Shown here one piece after another: positions 7,505 through 16,038 of a stretch of 35,557 nt of DNA (position 1 is the first letter of the stretch; every line of letters begins with the position of its first letter). The notes beneath the pieces were generated by a model. It worked only from the letters and a program-made list of their open reading frames with translations. It was not told the DNA's origin and searched no databases. Position numbers and translations under genes: made by a program. Source of the DNA: Nitrospiraceae bacterium (GTDB lineage: Bacteria > Nitrospirota > Nitrospiria > Nitrospirales > Nitrospiraceae); assembly GCA_035471155.1 (NCBI GenBank), contig DATIQH010000469.1, forward strand, positions 1 to 35,557. The letters are read 5' to 3'.

Positions 7505-7769
7505 AATTTCAGATCTCCAAGTATCCAATCTGGCTCTGTCCACTCTTTCCAGCCTAGCGCAGGGAGGAACGGGATCGCAAGCGGGCGGAGTTAAAGCCTC
7601 AAGAATTTGTAGTCGATAGATTCTCGTCCGATACACCCGCCGATGATCAGTTCATGCCACGAGTACGATCCGGTCGAGAAAGATGCTCCCAATGATCGCA
7701 AGCAGTTCTCACCGCATATCGCAAGGGGCTGTAGCGGCCAGCTGACGGATCTGCGTGATGATGGGCAGG

Positions 7770-7833
7770 GGGGCGGGAGCAGGGACATACGATGGGACAG
7801 CCAACCCTTGGCAGTATGTGGCGCTCCCGCCCC
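7770..7833 (-). terminator. Long composite stem-loop 14 nt downstream of gdhA
   Basis: The outer stem is 11 bp, GGGGCGGGAGC (7770..7780) with GCTCCCGCCCC (7823..7833). The middle stem is 6 bp, ACATAC (7785..7790) with GTATGT (7814..7819). The apical hairpin is 5 bp, GCCAA-CCC-TTGGC (7800..7812). No U-tract follows. Confidence 0.3.
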
Positions 7834-7846
7834 ATGATATTGGGAC

Positions 7847-9103
7847 TCACGGGTAGAGTCCACGATGGAGATGCGCTTGGGCCACTTTATCGATCCCGCT
7901 TATCAGGGCAGCCATACGCATAGAAGTTCTTTTGGAGACGGAAAACTGCAATGTCCGATGGAATGCGGCGATCAGGATATCTTGCAATCGCTCTTGAATG
8001 TCAGTGGCTTTCCAGAAAAACCGCTGCACATCCTGCACCCACTCGAAGTAAGACACGATCACACCGCCGGAATTGGCGAGTATGTCTGGAATGATAAAGA
8101 TACCCTGGTCCTGCAAGATGCGATCGGCCTCCAGGGTTGTCGGACCGTTCGCTCCTTCGGCGAGAATTCGACAGCGCAGTTTCGCAGCATTGTGTTCGGT
8201 GATCTGCTCAGAGAGCGCGGCAGGGACCAGCACACAGCAATCGAGTTGTAGCAATTCGTCGTTGGAGAGCCAGTCTCCCAGCTTGGTGTCGCGGAGGGAT
8301 TGGCCTGCGGTCTTGTAGCGTGTGAGGAGTTCAGGAATATCCAATCCTTTAGAATTGAAGATGCCCCCCTGCACGTCGCTCACTGCGATGACGCGTGCAC
8401 CACACTCCTGCATGATCCGGGCGGTATGTGCCCCCACGTTACCAAAACCCTGGATGGCTACGGTCGTGTTCTGAATATCGAGCTTGAGGTGGCGAAGTGC
8501 TTCCAGGGTGACGCAGACCACTCCGCGGCCGGTGGCTTCTTCGCGTCCAAGACTTCCTCCAATCGATAGAGGCTTGCCTGTGACGACGCCGGGCACCGAA
8601 TACCCTACCTGCTGACTGTATGTATCCATGATCCAGGCCATCACTTGGGCGTCTGTGCCGACGTCTGGTGCCGGCACATCCTTGTCCGGCCCGATCAACG
8701 GGAAGATTTCCGCTGCATAGCGTCTGGTCAGTCGTTGCAGCTCTGGTGTTGAAAACTGTTTCGGATTGATTGCGACGCCACCCTTGGCTCCACCATAAGG
8801 CAGATCGGCTAACGCGCATTTCCAGGTCATCCACATGGCGAGCGCCGCAACCTCTCCCAGATTCACATCTGGATGATAGCGAATGCCACCCTTCGAGGGG
8901 CCGCGGGAGGAATCGTGCTGCACACGATAACCAGTATAGACCTCGACCCGGCCGTCATCCATCCTGACAGGCAGGCTGACAATCAGCGACCGCTGTGGAA
9001 GTTTCAGCCGCTCGCGCAAATTGTGATCCAGATCCATGGTCTCGGCTGCCTGATCAAACTGTGCAACTGCCAGCCTGAAAGTCGGTGTGTCGAGTTCGTG
9101 CAT
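7847..9103 (-). CDS. gdhA: Glutamate dehydrogenase (Glu/Leu/Phe/Val dehydrogenase family)
   Basis: 418 aa with the catalytic-Lys motif LPYGGAKGGV, a Rossmann motif IQGFGNVG, and overall GDH-like sequence (GPSKGGIRYHP). Confidence 0.93.
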   Translation of the reverse strand: MHELDTPTFRLAVAQFDQAAETMDLDHNLRERLKLPQRSLIVSLPVRMDDGRVEVYTGYRVQHDSSRGPSKGGIRYHPDVNLGEVAALAMWMTWKCALADLPYGGAKGGVAINPKQFSTPELQRLTRRYAAEIFPLIGPDKDVPAPDVGTDAQVMAWIMDTYSQQVGYSVPGVVTGKPLSIGGSLGREEATGRGVVCVTLEALRHLKLDIQNTTVAIQGFGNVGAHTARIMQECGARVIAVSDVQGGIFNSKGLDIPELLTRYKTAGQSLRDTKLGDWLSNDELLQLDCCVLVPAALSEQITEHNAAKLRCRILAEGANGPTTLEADRILQDQGIFIIPDILANSGGVIVSYFEWVQDVQRFFWKATDIQERLQDILIAAFHRTLQFSVSKRTSMRMAALISGIDKVAQAHLHRGLYP

Positions 9104-9118
9104 GGTGTGTTCCTTTGA

Positions 9119-9928
9119 TCAGGGGTGATGTGAGGATATTGATGTGATCTGTCGATCAGGGTACCCCTGCCCAATGCTGTTGGGCGGGAGACTCAGCCAT
9201 TGAATGTTGAATACTCGCGCAAATTCTTCCGCCACCTGTTGCGCGAGGGCTGAGGGCGCCACGGCGGACTGCTGGAACTCAGCCAGGGATGTAATGGCAC
9301 ACGGTGCTAGGCCACAGGGCATGATAAGGGAAAAAGGGGATAAATCCATATCGACGTTGAGCGCAAACCCGTGGATCGTGATTCCATGATCGATTCGAAC
9401 TCCGATCGCGGCGATCTTCGCATCCGCACGATTCCAGCGTACCCAAACGCCGGGTTTGCTCTTGATGCGATAGCCTCCAATCTCCCATCGCGAGAGGGTG
9501 CGGATCAAGACCTCCTCTAACTTCCATACGTATTGCTTCGGCCCTGAGCAATAATGTGAAAGTTTAAGGATGGGATAACCCACGACTTGTCCGGGCCCAT
9601 GATAGGTAATCGAGCCTCCACGATCTACACATTGGAGACTGGCGCCTGTCCGACGGAGGGCCTCTTCCCCACAGGGCCAATGTGTTGGCTGGGTGGTACG
9701 GCCTAGGGTATAGACTGGCAAGTGCTCAAGGAGCAACAATGTATCCCCTCGCCTGCCAGCTATTCGTTCTTCCTGCAGTTGTTTCTGAAGTCCCCAGGCC
9801 TCGGCATAGGGAATCGGTTGCGAAAATTGGATGAGTGTCCCCGCGTGTGGAATGGATGAATGGAAGGGCTCATCACCCTGTTTTGAAACATCGGGGCCCG
9901 ATGGTGATTCATTTGCAAGATTCATCAT
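9119..9928 (-). CDS. lipB: Lipoyl(octanoyl) transferase
   Basis: Motifs are LLLLEHLPVYTLGR, RGGSITYHGPGQVVGYPIL, KIAAIGVRIDHGITIHGFALNV and PCG. The ATG at 9928 overlaps the upstream gene's stop in ATGA (9928..9925). The track ORF extends to 10042, but the extra 38 aa are not LipB-like. Confidence 0.88.
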   Translation of the reverse strand: MMNLANESPSGPDVSKQGDEPFHSSIPHAGTLIQFSQPIPYAEAWGLQKQLQEERIAGRRGDTLLLLEHLPVYTLGRTTQPTHWPCGEEALRRTGASLQCVDRGGSITYHGPGQVVGYPILKLSHYCSGPKQYVWKLEEVLIRTLSRWEIGGYRIKSKPGVWVRWNRADAKIAAIGVRIDHGITIHGFALNVDMDLSPFSLIMPCGLAPCAITSLAEFQQSAVAPSALAQQVAEEFARVFNIQWLSLPPNSIGQGYPDRQITSISSHHP

Positions 9929-10344
9929 AGAACAGGTTTCGACAACAAGAGATTTTGAGGCGAGATTGTGGACAGAACAGTTGTTCTCTGAATGGTCAGT
10001 TGCGGGGTTATCCAGGCTTCGGAAGGTTGGAAGGGAGACCAAAAGTCTTCGAGATAATCAATCAGATGCTGGGCGACGGTGGTTCTGAGGCCGCAATTCC
10101 GGAAGTCTTCGATAGCGGGCACCGATCTCGATAGGGCTTGCATTGGAGTTGCTGGCATGTCGCGCGTGGGAATGGTGACTACCGAGAGGGCTGAGAGGGG
10201 TATTTTGTCAGATGAGGCCAGTCCGATCGGTGGTTCGGCGTAAGCAACCAGTGTGTTGAGTGCCAACATGATGATGAGAAAAAGCTGAACTGCGAAGAAG
10301 GAAAAGAGAAGGGAAAGTGTCTCTGTTGTGCGCACACTCGTCAT
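9925..10344 (-). CDS. Small secreted or membrane-anchored hypothetical protein (139 aa)
   Basis: It starts at the ATG at 10344 with a signal/TM segment (TLSLLFSFFAVQLFLIIMLALNTLVAYAEP) and is translationally coupled to lipB. Confidence 0.55.
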   Translation of the reverse strand: MTSVRTTETLSLLFSFFAVQLFLIIMLALNTLVAYAEPPIGLASSDKIPLSALSVVTIPTRDMPATPMQALSRSVPAIEDFRNCGLRTTVAQHLIDYLEDFWSPFQPSEAWITPQLTIQRTTVLSTISPQNLLLSKPVL

Positions 10345-10411
10345 GGGACCTCGTCTACTCGAGCCGGCCTCATTGTCGCACAAGTACTCGCAGGGTGAAA
10401 GTCGTAGAACG

Positions 10412-10439
10412 AAAAAGGGGCAAGGCCCGGCCTCGCCCC
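10412..10439 (-). terminator. Rho-independent terminator of rpoD
   Basis: On the minus strand the stem is GGGGCGAGGC, loop CGG, GCCTTGCCCC (10 bp, one G-U pair), followed by TTTTT. It begins 24 nt after the rpoD stop. Confidence 0.75.
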
Positions 10440-10462
10440 TTTCTGCTTCATGAGTCTATAAC

Positions 10463-11902
10463 CTACTGGATGGCGGCAAACATTTCCTTGATCTCGGGAG
10501 TCTTCAGCTTCTTGAGCGCTTTTGCTTCGATCTGGCGAATCCGTTCCCTCGTCACCGAGAGGCTTTGCCCGACCTGCTCCAGCGTACAGGCCTGATCGTG
10601 GCCGATACCGAAGCGTAGCCGGATGACGGTTTGCTCTCGCGGTGTGAGCGTGCCGAGAATGCGCTCAAGCTGATTCGACATTTCAGTCCGGTGCACATGG
10701 GCATCGGGTGGGACGGCTTGCAGGTCGGGGATCATTTCCCCGAATTCCGTGCTTCCGTCACCCACTGGCTTCTCCAAGGCAACCGGCTCTTGAAAGGCCT
10801 GCACAGTTTCGTGGAGCCGCTCCGGTCTCATTCGGAGCACCTGCGCCACTTCTTCGAGTCGAGCCGGACGACCCAGTTGTTGCCCGAGCCGTCTTGTCAC
10901 GCGAAGGATGCGGTGGGAGGCCTCAGTCTGGTGGACCGGGATACGAATGGTCCGTGATTGATCCGCCAACGCGCGCGTGATGCCTTGACGAATCCACCAG
11001 GTCGCATAGGTGCTGAATTTGAACCCTTTGCGGTATTGATAGCGTTCGGCCGCTTTCATGAGCCCGATATTTCCTTCTTGCACGAGATCCAGCAATGTCA
11101 GGCCACGGCCTGTGTAATGCTTTGCGACATCCACGACAAGCCGCAGATTGCAACGCACCAATTCGTCTTTTGCTTGTTCGAGCGCGAGCCGGGCGGAGCG
11201 GAGAGAGAGCAACCCTTCCTTGAGTTGCCTGGTAACGGCAATCGGGAGTTTCTGCTGTCCCGTTCCCTGTTCGATCATCTCGATGAGAATCTGCTGTGCC
11301 TTGTCGATCGCAGTGGCTGAAAGTCCGCTCAACCCTCTGATCATCTGGAGTGTGCGCTGCCCCTCGACCACAGAGGCTGGCCGTTTGAGGCGAGGGAGGA
11401 CTCGTAAGGCATGGCGTAGAGCTTTCCGAATGGCGGTGGTTCCCGCGTCGATCTTCTTCGCCAGCTCGACTTCTTCTTCTCTGGTCAATAGGGCGCGTTC
11501 GCCGAAGGAGCGAAAGTAGAGCGACTCCAACATGAATGGGCCGTTGTTCACGGCAGTACGAGCCACTGCTTTTGTCGGCTCCTCAGGCTGTTCCTCTTCC
11601 GAGGTAGCTCGGCCGATCACATCCAAGAGGTCACTCGCGTCGGGATCGTCCGCATCGACGTCCTTTGCAATTGCGACAAGCTCATCCGGCTCAGGGGTTG
11701 GGAATAGATTCTCTTTCATACCATCGTCCCTCCTCTGCCTCTCTGATGTTGTGCGTCTTATTGCGGTGACTTCGACAGGCTCCCGTTGTTCTGCCCTACT
11801 TTGTGAGAGACCGCTATCTGTTAAACGATTCATTCTGGGCTCTGTTCTGCTAGGCCGTTCCATGTTCTCACTACGCAGCAAATCTTGTGCTGGATTGTTC
11901 AT
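10463..11902 (-). CDS. rpoD: RNA polymerase sigma factor, RpoD/SigA (sigma-70) family
   Basis: Region 2 is LRLVVDVAKHYTGRGLTLLDLVQEGNIGLMKAAERY...FSTYATWWIRQGITRA, followed by TIRIPVH. Region 4 is LTPREQTVIRLRFGIG...TLEQVGQSLSVTRERIRQIEAKALKKLK. The first ATG is at 11902. A TTG at 11920 and later ATGs are also possible starts. Confidence 0.9.
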   Translation of the reverse strand: MNNPAQDLLRSENMERPSRTEPRMNRLTDSGLSQSRAEQREPVEVTAIRRTTSERQRRDDGMKENLFPTPEPDELVAIAKDVDADDPDASDLLDVIGRATSEEEQPEEPTKAVARTAVNNGPFMLESLYFRSFGERALLTREEEVELAKKIDAGTTAIRKALRHALRVLPRLKRPASVVEGQRTLQMIRGLSGLSATAIDKAQQILIEMIEQGTGQQKLPIAVTRQLKEGLLSLRSARLALEQAKDELVRCNLRLVVDVAKHYTGRGLTLLDLVQEGNIGLMKAAERYQYRKGFKFSTYATWWIRQGITRALADQSRTIRIPVHQTEASHRILRVTRRLGQQLGRPARLEEVAQVLRMRPERLHETVQAFQEPVALEKPVGDGSTEFGEMIPDLQAVPPDAHVHRTEMSNQLERILGTLTPREQTVIRLRFGIGHDQACTLEQVGQSLSVTRERIRQIEAKALKKLKTPEIKEMFAAIQ

Positions 11903-12254
11903 GAGAGTCGGGGGTCGCAACCCCTAGGAAGTACAGTACTATTAGAGTTATCTAATGAGGAAACTGGATAGATACTGAGGCAACCTTGCTGCAAGTGTGT
12001 GGGAGTGGCTATAGGGCAATAGACCTAATTGCCACAGCTACTGTCGGGCCAGATCACTTAAAGCAAGTGATCATATCGATCGGAACAGGGGAATTCGTGG
12101 CGGAGCTTTTCTTGTCGAAGCGCAACACGCGTCTAGGAGTCGTGAAATTTGCTCAGTGTGTTGGCGTGGACCTGTGTGCGAAACAGTATTCGCTCGACGT
12201 TCCGAGAAGAGGTTTGAGCAGAGGTCAAGAAATCGTCTCGTGGTCGCTGTCTTG

Positions 12255-12283
12255 TTGAAAACCCGGCTCGGCACTTCTAGAAT
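12255..12283 (+). promoter_or_regulatory. Candidate sigma-70 promoter of trmI (implies a leaderless or near-leaderless mRNA)
   Basis: TTGAAA (12255..12260), a 17-nt spacer, then TAGAAT (12278..12283). The trmI ATG lies only 8 nt downstream of the -10 hexamer. Confidence 0.45.
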
Positions 12284-12291
12284 GGGCTCCG

Positions 12292-13161
12292 ATGTCATAT
12301 TTCCAGTCAGGCGAACGGATCCATCTGGTCGACAAGAAAGGGCGGCAGTATGCCTTGACCTTGAAGGCTGGTGATTTCTACCAACTGAGCGGGCACAAGA
12401 TTGCTCACGACGACCTCATCGGGAAACCCGACGGTTCTCTGGTCACGCTCTCAGGCAATAAGATAATGTTAGCGCTCAAGCCGACCTTCGGCGACTATGT
12501 ACTGAAGATGCCGCGTGGCGCGCAGGTATTGTACCCAAAGGATCTTGCGCTCATTCCGATGTGGGCGGATGTCTATCCCGGCGCGCGGGTGTTCGAGGCT
12601 GGAACCGGTTCCGGGGCTTTGACGATGGCCCTCTTGCGCGCCGTGGGCCCGCGCGGGTTAGTGGTCACCTACGAGGCTCGTGAGGACTTCGCGCGAACGG
12701 CGATGACGAATATTGAACGGTATATGGGCCAGGTGCCGAATCTTATCCCACTTCGTCGGAACGTGTACGAGGGAATCAGTCTGCTCGAGGATGGTCTGCC
12801 ATTCGATCGTCTCGTTCTCGACCTCCCTGAGCCTTGGCAGGTGGTACCGCATGCCGCACAGGTCCTTCGTTCCGGCGGCATGTATTTGAGTTTTGTTCCC
12901 ACGGTCCCGCAAGTAGTGCAGACGGTTGAGGCTCTTGAGCGGGAGACGGTCTTTGGCATGGTGGAAACATTTGAAACGCTGTTGAGAACCTGGTCGATTC
13001 AGGGACGGAGTGTACGACCGGATCACCGAATGGTCGCCCATTCAGGCTTCATTACGGTAGCGAGGAAAATCGAGTCTGGTTTGTGGCCTGGATTTCATAT
13101 TGTTGAGTCAGTCGCTGAGGCTGCTGATATTCACGAAGAACGAGAGGATTGTGCGCGATGA
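12292..13161 (+). CDS. trmI: tRNA (adenine(58)-N(1))-methyltransferase TrmI (GCD14 family)
   Basis: The N-terminal beta domain (LVDKKGRQYALTLKAGDFYQLSGHKIAHDDLIG) is followed by PRGAQVLYPKD and the SAM motif VFEAGTGSGALTMAL, then DRLVLDLPEPWQV. Confidence 0.85.
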   Translation: MSYFQSGERIHLVDKKGRQYALTLKAGDFYQLSGHKIAHDDLIGKPDGSLVTLSGNKIMLALKPTFGDYVLKMPRGAQVLYPKDLALIPMWADVYPGARVFEAGTGSGALTMALLRAVGPRGLVVTYEAREDFARTAMTNIERYMGQVPNLIPLRRNVYEGISLLEDGLPFDRLVLDLPEPWQVVPHAAQVLRSGGMYLSFVPTVPQVVQTVEALERETVFGMVETFETLLRTWSIQGRSVRPDHRMVAHSGFITVARKIESGLWPGFHIVESVAEAADIHEEREDCAR

Positions 13162-13913
13162 ATCGTTTGAGCGGAAAGGTTGCGGTCGTAACGGGAGGCA
13201 ATGCTGGCATCGGTGAAGCGATCGCGAAGGCCTTTGCGCGAGAAGGGGCATCGGTCGTGATCACGGGAAGACGGCAAGGAGAGCTGGATCGGGTTGTGAA
13301 CGACATCGTGCAAGCACAGGGCAAGGCCGTCGCGGTTGCCGGATCGGTTACAGATGAACTCTCTGCCCAGGAGGCAGTGCGTCGGACGGTGCAACAGTTC
13401 GGACAACTCGATATCCTCGTCAATAATGCCGGCGTCGGGGACTTTGGGAAGCGTTTGCACGAGATCAACGATACGACATGGGCGCAGGTTCTCGACGTCA
13501 ACCTAACCGGGGTATTCCGCATGACGCGAGCCGTTTTGCCGCAGATGCTCAAACAGGGGCGGGGAGCGATCGTCAATATTTCTTCTGTCGCGAGCTTAGT
13601 CGGATTGCCCACATTGCCGGCCTATGCTGCCTCCAAGGGGGCACTCGATGCTCTGACCAGGGCTCTCGCCGTCGATTATGCCAAGGATGGCATCCGTTGC
13701 AACGTGGTGAATCCCGGACTCATCGATACGCCGATGGCCGCTCCGCTGATGGGCAATCCGGAACAGCTGAACCCCATTCTTTCCCACTATCCTATCCGCC
13801 GACCTGGAAAACCAGAAGAGGTGGCCAGCCTGGTTCTCTATCTGGCCTCTGACGAGGCAGCCTGGGTCACAGGTGGAACCTTTCCTCTCGATGGAGGGAT
13901 GACGATCTCGTGA
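13158..13913 (+). CDS. SDR family NAD(P)-dependent oxidoreductase
   Basis: Motifs are TGGNAGIGEAIA, NNAG and the catalytic YAASK. The ATG at 13158 overlaps the trmI stop in ATGA and has GAGAGGA upstream. Confidence 0.9.
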   Translation: MNRLSGKVAVVTGGNAGIGEAIAKAFAREGASVVITGRRQGELDRVVNDIVQAQGKAVAVAGSVTDELSAQEAVRRTVQQFGQLDILVNNAGVGDFGKRLHEINDTTWAQVLDVNLTGVFRMTRAVLPQMLKQGRGAIVNISSVASLVGLPTLPAYAASKGALDALTRALAVDYAKDGIRCNVVNPGLIDTPMAAPLMGNPEQLNPILSHYPIRRPGKPEEVASLVLYLASDEAAWVTGGTFPLDGGMTIS

Positions 13914-14007
13914 AGAGACGCCCCATGAGAATGGCAGCGGTCACCACCTCGGGGATGGATGCTCGTCAGTTGGCTTGCAGATAGAACTCCATCGCGATTT
14001 TCGATCT

Positions 14008-14862
14008 ATGGATATCAACGCACAAACTCAGTTCTGTGGTGTAATCGGTAACCCAGTCGAGCATTCGCTCTCACCCGCGATTCACAATGCCGCATTTCAG
14101 AAGCTTGGGCTCAACTTCGTCTATCTGGCGTTTCGCGTAGAAGCGATCGGCGATGCGATCAAGGGTCTTCGCGCTCTGGGAAGCTTTCGTGGGGCCAGCG
14201 TGACCATTCCCCACAAGGTGGCAGCTGTTCCATTGCTTGACGCTATCGAGCCGACCGCACGTCATATCGGCGCGATCAATACCATTGTGTCTACGGGCGG
14301 GACTCTCACAGGATATAACACCGATGCAACCGGTGCCTTGCGGGCGCTTCGTGAGGGCGATGTTACTGTGACAGGGCGTCAAGTCATCATGCTCGGGTCC
14401 GGAGGCGCGGCTCGTGCAATTGCTTTCGCGCTTGGGACAGAGGCAAGAATTGATCGTTTGACCATACTGGGCATCGATGATGGGGAACGCACAGCCTTGG
14501 CCCAAGATCTTCGATCGAAGACAGGGATGACCGTACTGGACTTGCCGCTGGATGGAGGGGCGTTGAAGAAAACTCTGCCGGATGCGCATGTGCTGATTCA
14601 TTGTACTCCGATGGGGATGTCACCAAAAACACAGGAGACGTCCGTGCCGGCGGCGTTGCTCCATACGGGGCTGACGGTCATGGATATTGTCTATAACCCT
14701 CGTGATACCCGACTATTGAGCGATGCGAAGGCTGCAGGTTGCCGCACGATTCCCGGGATTGAGATGTTTCTACATCAAGCTGCGGCGCAATTCGAACTCT
14801 GGACCAATCAGGCCGCTCCAACCGACGTCATGCGCAAGGTTTTGGAAACCCGCTTCTCATGA
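14008..14862 (+). CDS. aroE: Shikimate dehydrogenase
   Basis: Motifs are GVIGNPVEHSLSPAIHNAAF, VTIPHK, NTDATG and GSGGAARAIAFAL. I chose the ATG at 14008; the track ORF starts at the TTG at 13975. Confidence 0.9.
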   Translation: MDINAQTQFCGVIGNPVEHSLSPAIHNAAFQKLGLNFVYLAFRVEAIGDAIKGLRALGSFRGASVTIPHKVAAVPLLDAIEPTARHIGAINTIVSTGGTLTGYNTDATGALRALREGDVTVTGRQVIMLGSGGAARAIAFALGTEARIDRLTILGIDDGERTALAQDLRSKTGMTVLDLPLDGGALKKTLPDAHVLIHCTPMGMSPKTQETSVPAALLHTGLTVMDIVYNPRDTRLLSDAKAAGCRTIPGIEMFLHQAAAQFELWTNQAAPTDVMRKVLETRFS

Positions 14863-15359
14863 ACATTGTGCTGATCGGTTATCGAGGGACTGGCAAGAGT
14901 ACGGTGGGTAAGCTGCTTGCGATGCGATTGGGAAGACAGTTTGTGTCAACCGATGAGGAGAGTATCAAGCGCGCGAAACGCACGATTCCAGAGATCGTTG
15001 CCCAAGAAGGATGGGAATATTTCCGCGATCTGGAGTCCGAGGTCTGCAGGGAGTTCGCTGGCCGTGACCGTCTTGTCATCGATACCGGCGGTGGGGCCAT
15101 ACTTCGTGCACAGAATGTGGAGGCATTGAAAAAAAGCGGCACGTTGTTTTGGCTGACAGCTTCCGTCGAAACGATCACGAAACGAATCGGCAGGGATAAT
15201 CAGCGCCCCTCGCTGACGGGGAGCAAGTCTTTTGTCGATGAAATCCAAGATGTGTTGCGGGAGAGAACGCCGAAATATCAAGCGGCTTCCGATCATGTCA
15301 TCACGACCGATGATCGATCAATCAAACAGCTGGTTGAGATAATACTCACACTGGTGTGA
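14859..15359 (+). CDS. aroK: Shikimate kinase
   Basis: A Walker A motif is present (LIGYRGTGKSTVG), along with DTGGG. It overlaps aroE in ATGA. Confidence 0.92.
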   Translation: MNIVLIGYRGTGKSTVGKLLAMRLGRQFVSTDEESIKRAKRTIPEIVAQEGWEYFRDLESEVCREFAGRDRLVIDTGGGAILRAQNVEALKKSGTLFWLTASVETITKRIGRDNQRPSLTGSKSFVDEIQDVLRERTPKYQAASDHVITTDDRSIKQLVEIILTLV

Positions 15360-15414
15360 GCTCCTCGAAGGTGTCGCTGCCGGATCGATAAAAACTTGTG
15401 CCGTTGCACCGTCC

Positions 15415-15445
15415 TTGACAAGGCATTCTTCGTAGTGTTTGAAAT
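15415..15445 (+). promoter_or_regulatory. Candidate promoter of tRNA-Arg
   Basis: A perfect -35 TTGACA (15415..15420) is followed by a long 19-nt spacer and TGAAAT (15440..15445). The tRNA 5' end lies 9 nt downstream. Confidence 0.3.
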
Positions 15446-15453
15446 AGCCGAGT

Positions 15454-15529
15454 GCGCCCGTAGCTCAATGGATAGAGCATCGGACTTCGGATCCGAGGGT
15501 TGGGGGTTCAAGTCCCTCCGGGCGCACCA
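15454..15529 (+). tRNA. tRNA-Arg (anticodon UCG), CCA encoded
   Basis: I folded the cloverleaf by hand. Acceptor stem GCGCCCG/CGGGCGC; D stem GCTC/GAGC; anticodon stem TCGGA/TCCGA with loop CT-TCG-GA; 5-nt variable loop; T arm GGGGG-TTCAAGT-CCCTC; discriminator A plus CCA. Length is 76 nt. Confidence 0.93.
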
Positions 15530-15693
15530 TTTTCTTCTCCTAGAAAACCAGAGTTAAATCGTTGGAGAGTCAGTAGCTTAGGGCTGATAGGCCTGGCCAT
15601 TCAAACGATTCCCCTCCCCCCACAAAGTTGCATAGATTCCTCGTATCTTCAGCAGTAATCTTTGAATCAGAAGCCGAATCCAGGGGTGTAGGG

Positions 15694-15861
15694 ATGGTGC
15701 TATGCTATGGGCAAGGCAGTGTGAGACTTAATAGCGGGAGGTTTCTTGACCGAGGACAGCAGCAGGTCTGGACAAGACACTGTCCCTGCTGTGGGCGGTG
15801 GTTGATGAAGCGGGATCCCACGGAGCCGTGGGTCTGTTCCTGCGGATGGTTGAGCGGATAG
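15694..15861 (+). CDS. Possible zinc-ribbon microprotein (55 aa)
   Basis: MVLCYGQGSVRLNSGRFLDRGQQQVWTRHCPCCGRWLMKRDPTEPWVCSCGW has a CxxC...CxC pattern. The SD-like sequence AGGGGTGTAGGG is weak. Confidence 0.3.
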   Translation: MVLCYGQGSVRLNSGRFLDRGQQQVWTRHCPCCGRWLMKRDPTEPWVCSCGWLSG

Positions 15862-15891
15862 AAGTACAGTCACCCAGAGGAGGGGCGCATC

Positions 15892-16038
15892 ATGAATCAC
15901 GCAGTCCTCCATGACGTCCGGGCTGGTTTTCTTCTGATGGTGGGATTAGCCATGTTGGCGTTCATTTGTGCTGTGGCGGCGTTAAGCACAGTAATGCGCC
16001 CGATTCGATGGGCAGATCGCAAGCCGACACATTTCTAA
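15892..16038 (+). CDS. Possible single-TM microprotein (48 aa; below the ORF-track cutoff)
   Basis: AGAGGAGGGG lies 7 nt upstream of the ATG at 15892. My translation is MNHAVLHDVRAGFLLMVGLAMLAFICAVAALSTVMRPIRWADRKPTHF, ending at the TAA at 16036..16038. Confidence 0.4.
   Translation: MNHAVLHDVRAGFLLMVGLAMLAFICAVAALSTVMRPIRWADRKPTHF

Noticed and set aside
7073-7594. A 173-aa + strand ORF and an 82-aa - ORF (7042..7290) in the low-GC islet.
   Set aside because: The + ORF is S/P/G-rich and overlaps the more convincing minus-strand acidic protein. 7042..7290 would overlap the start of the secreted-protein gene and lacks any SD.
13052-13612. A 186-aa minus-strand ORF, plus similar antisense ORFs at 4094..4729, 30750..31415, 25400..25912 and 32298..32753.
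   Set aside because: All are antisense to genes with clear catalytic motifs and have a biased, low-complexity composition.
15530-15700. An integrated mobile element at the tRNA-Arg 3' flank.
   Set aside because: There is no integrase or recombinase ORF, and I could find no direct repeat of the tRNA 3' end anywhere up to pal.
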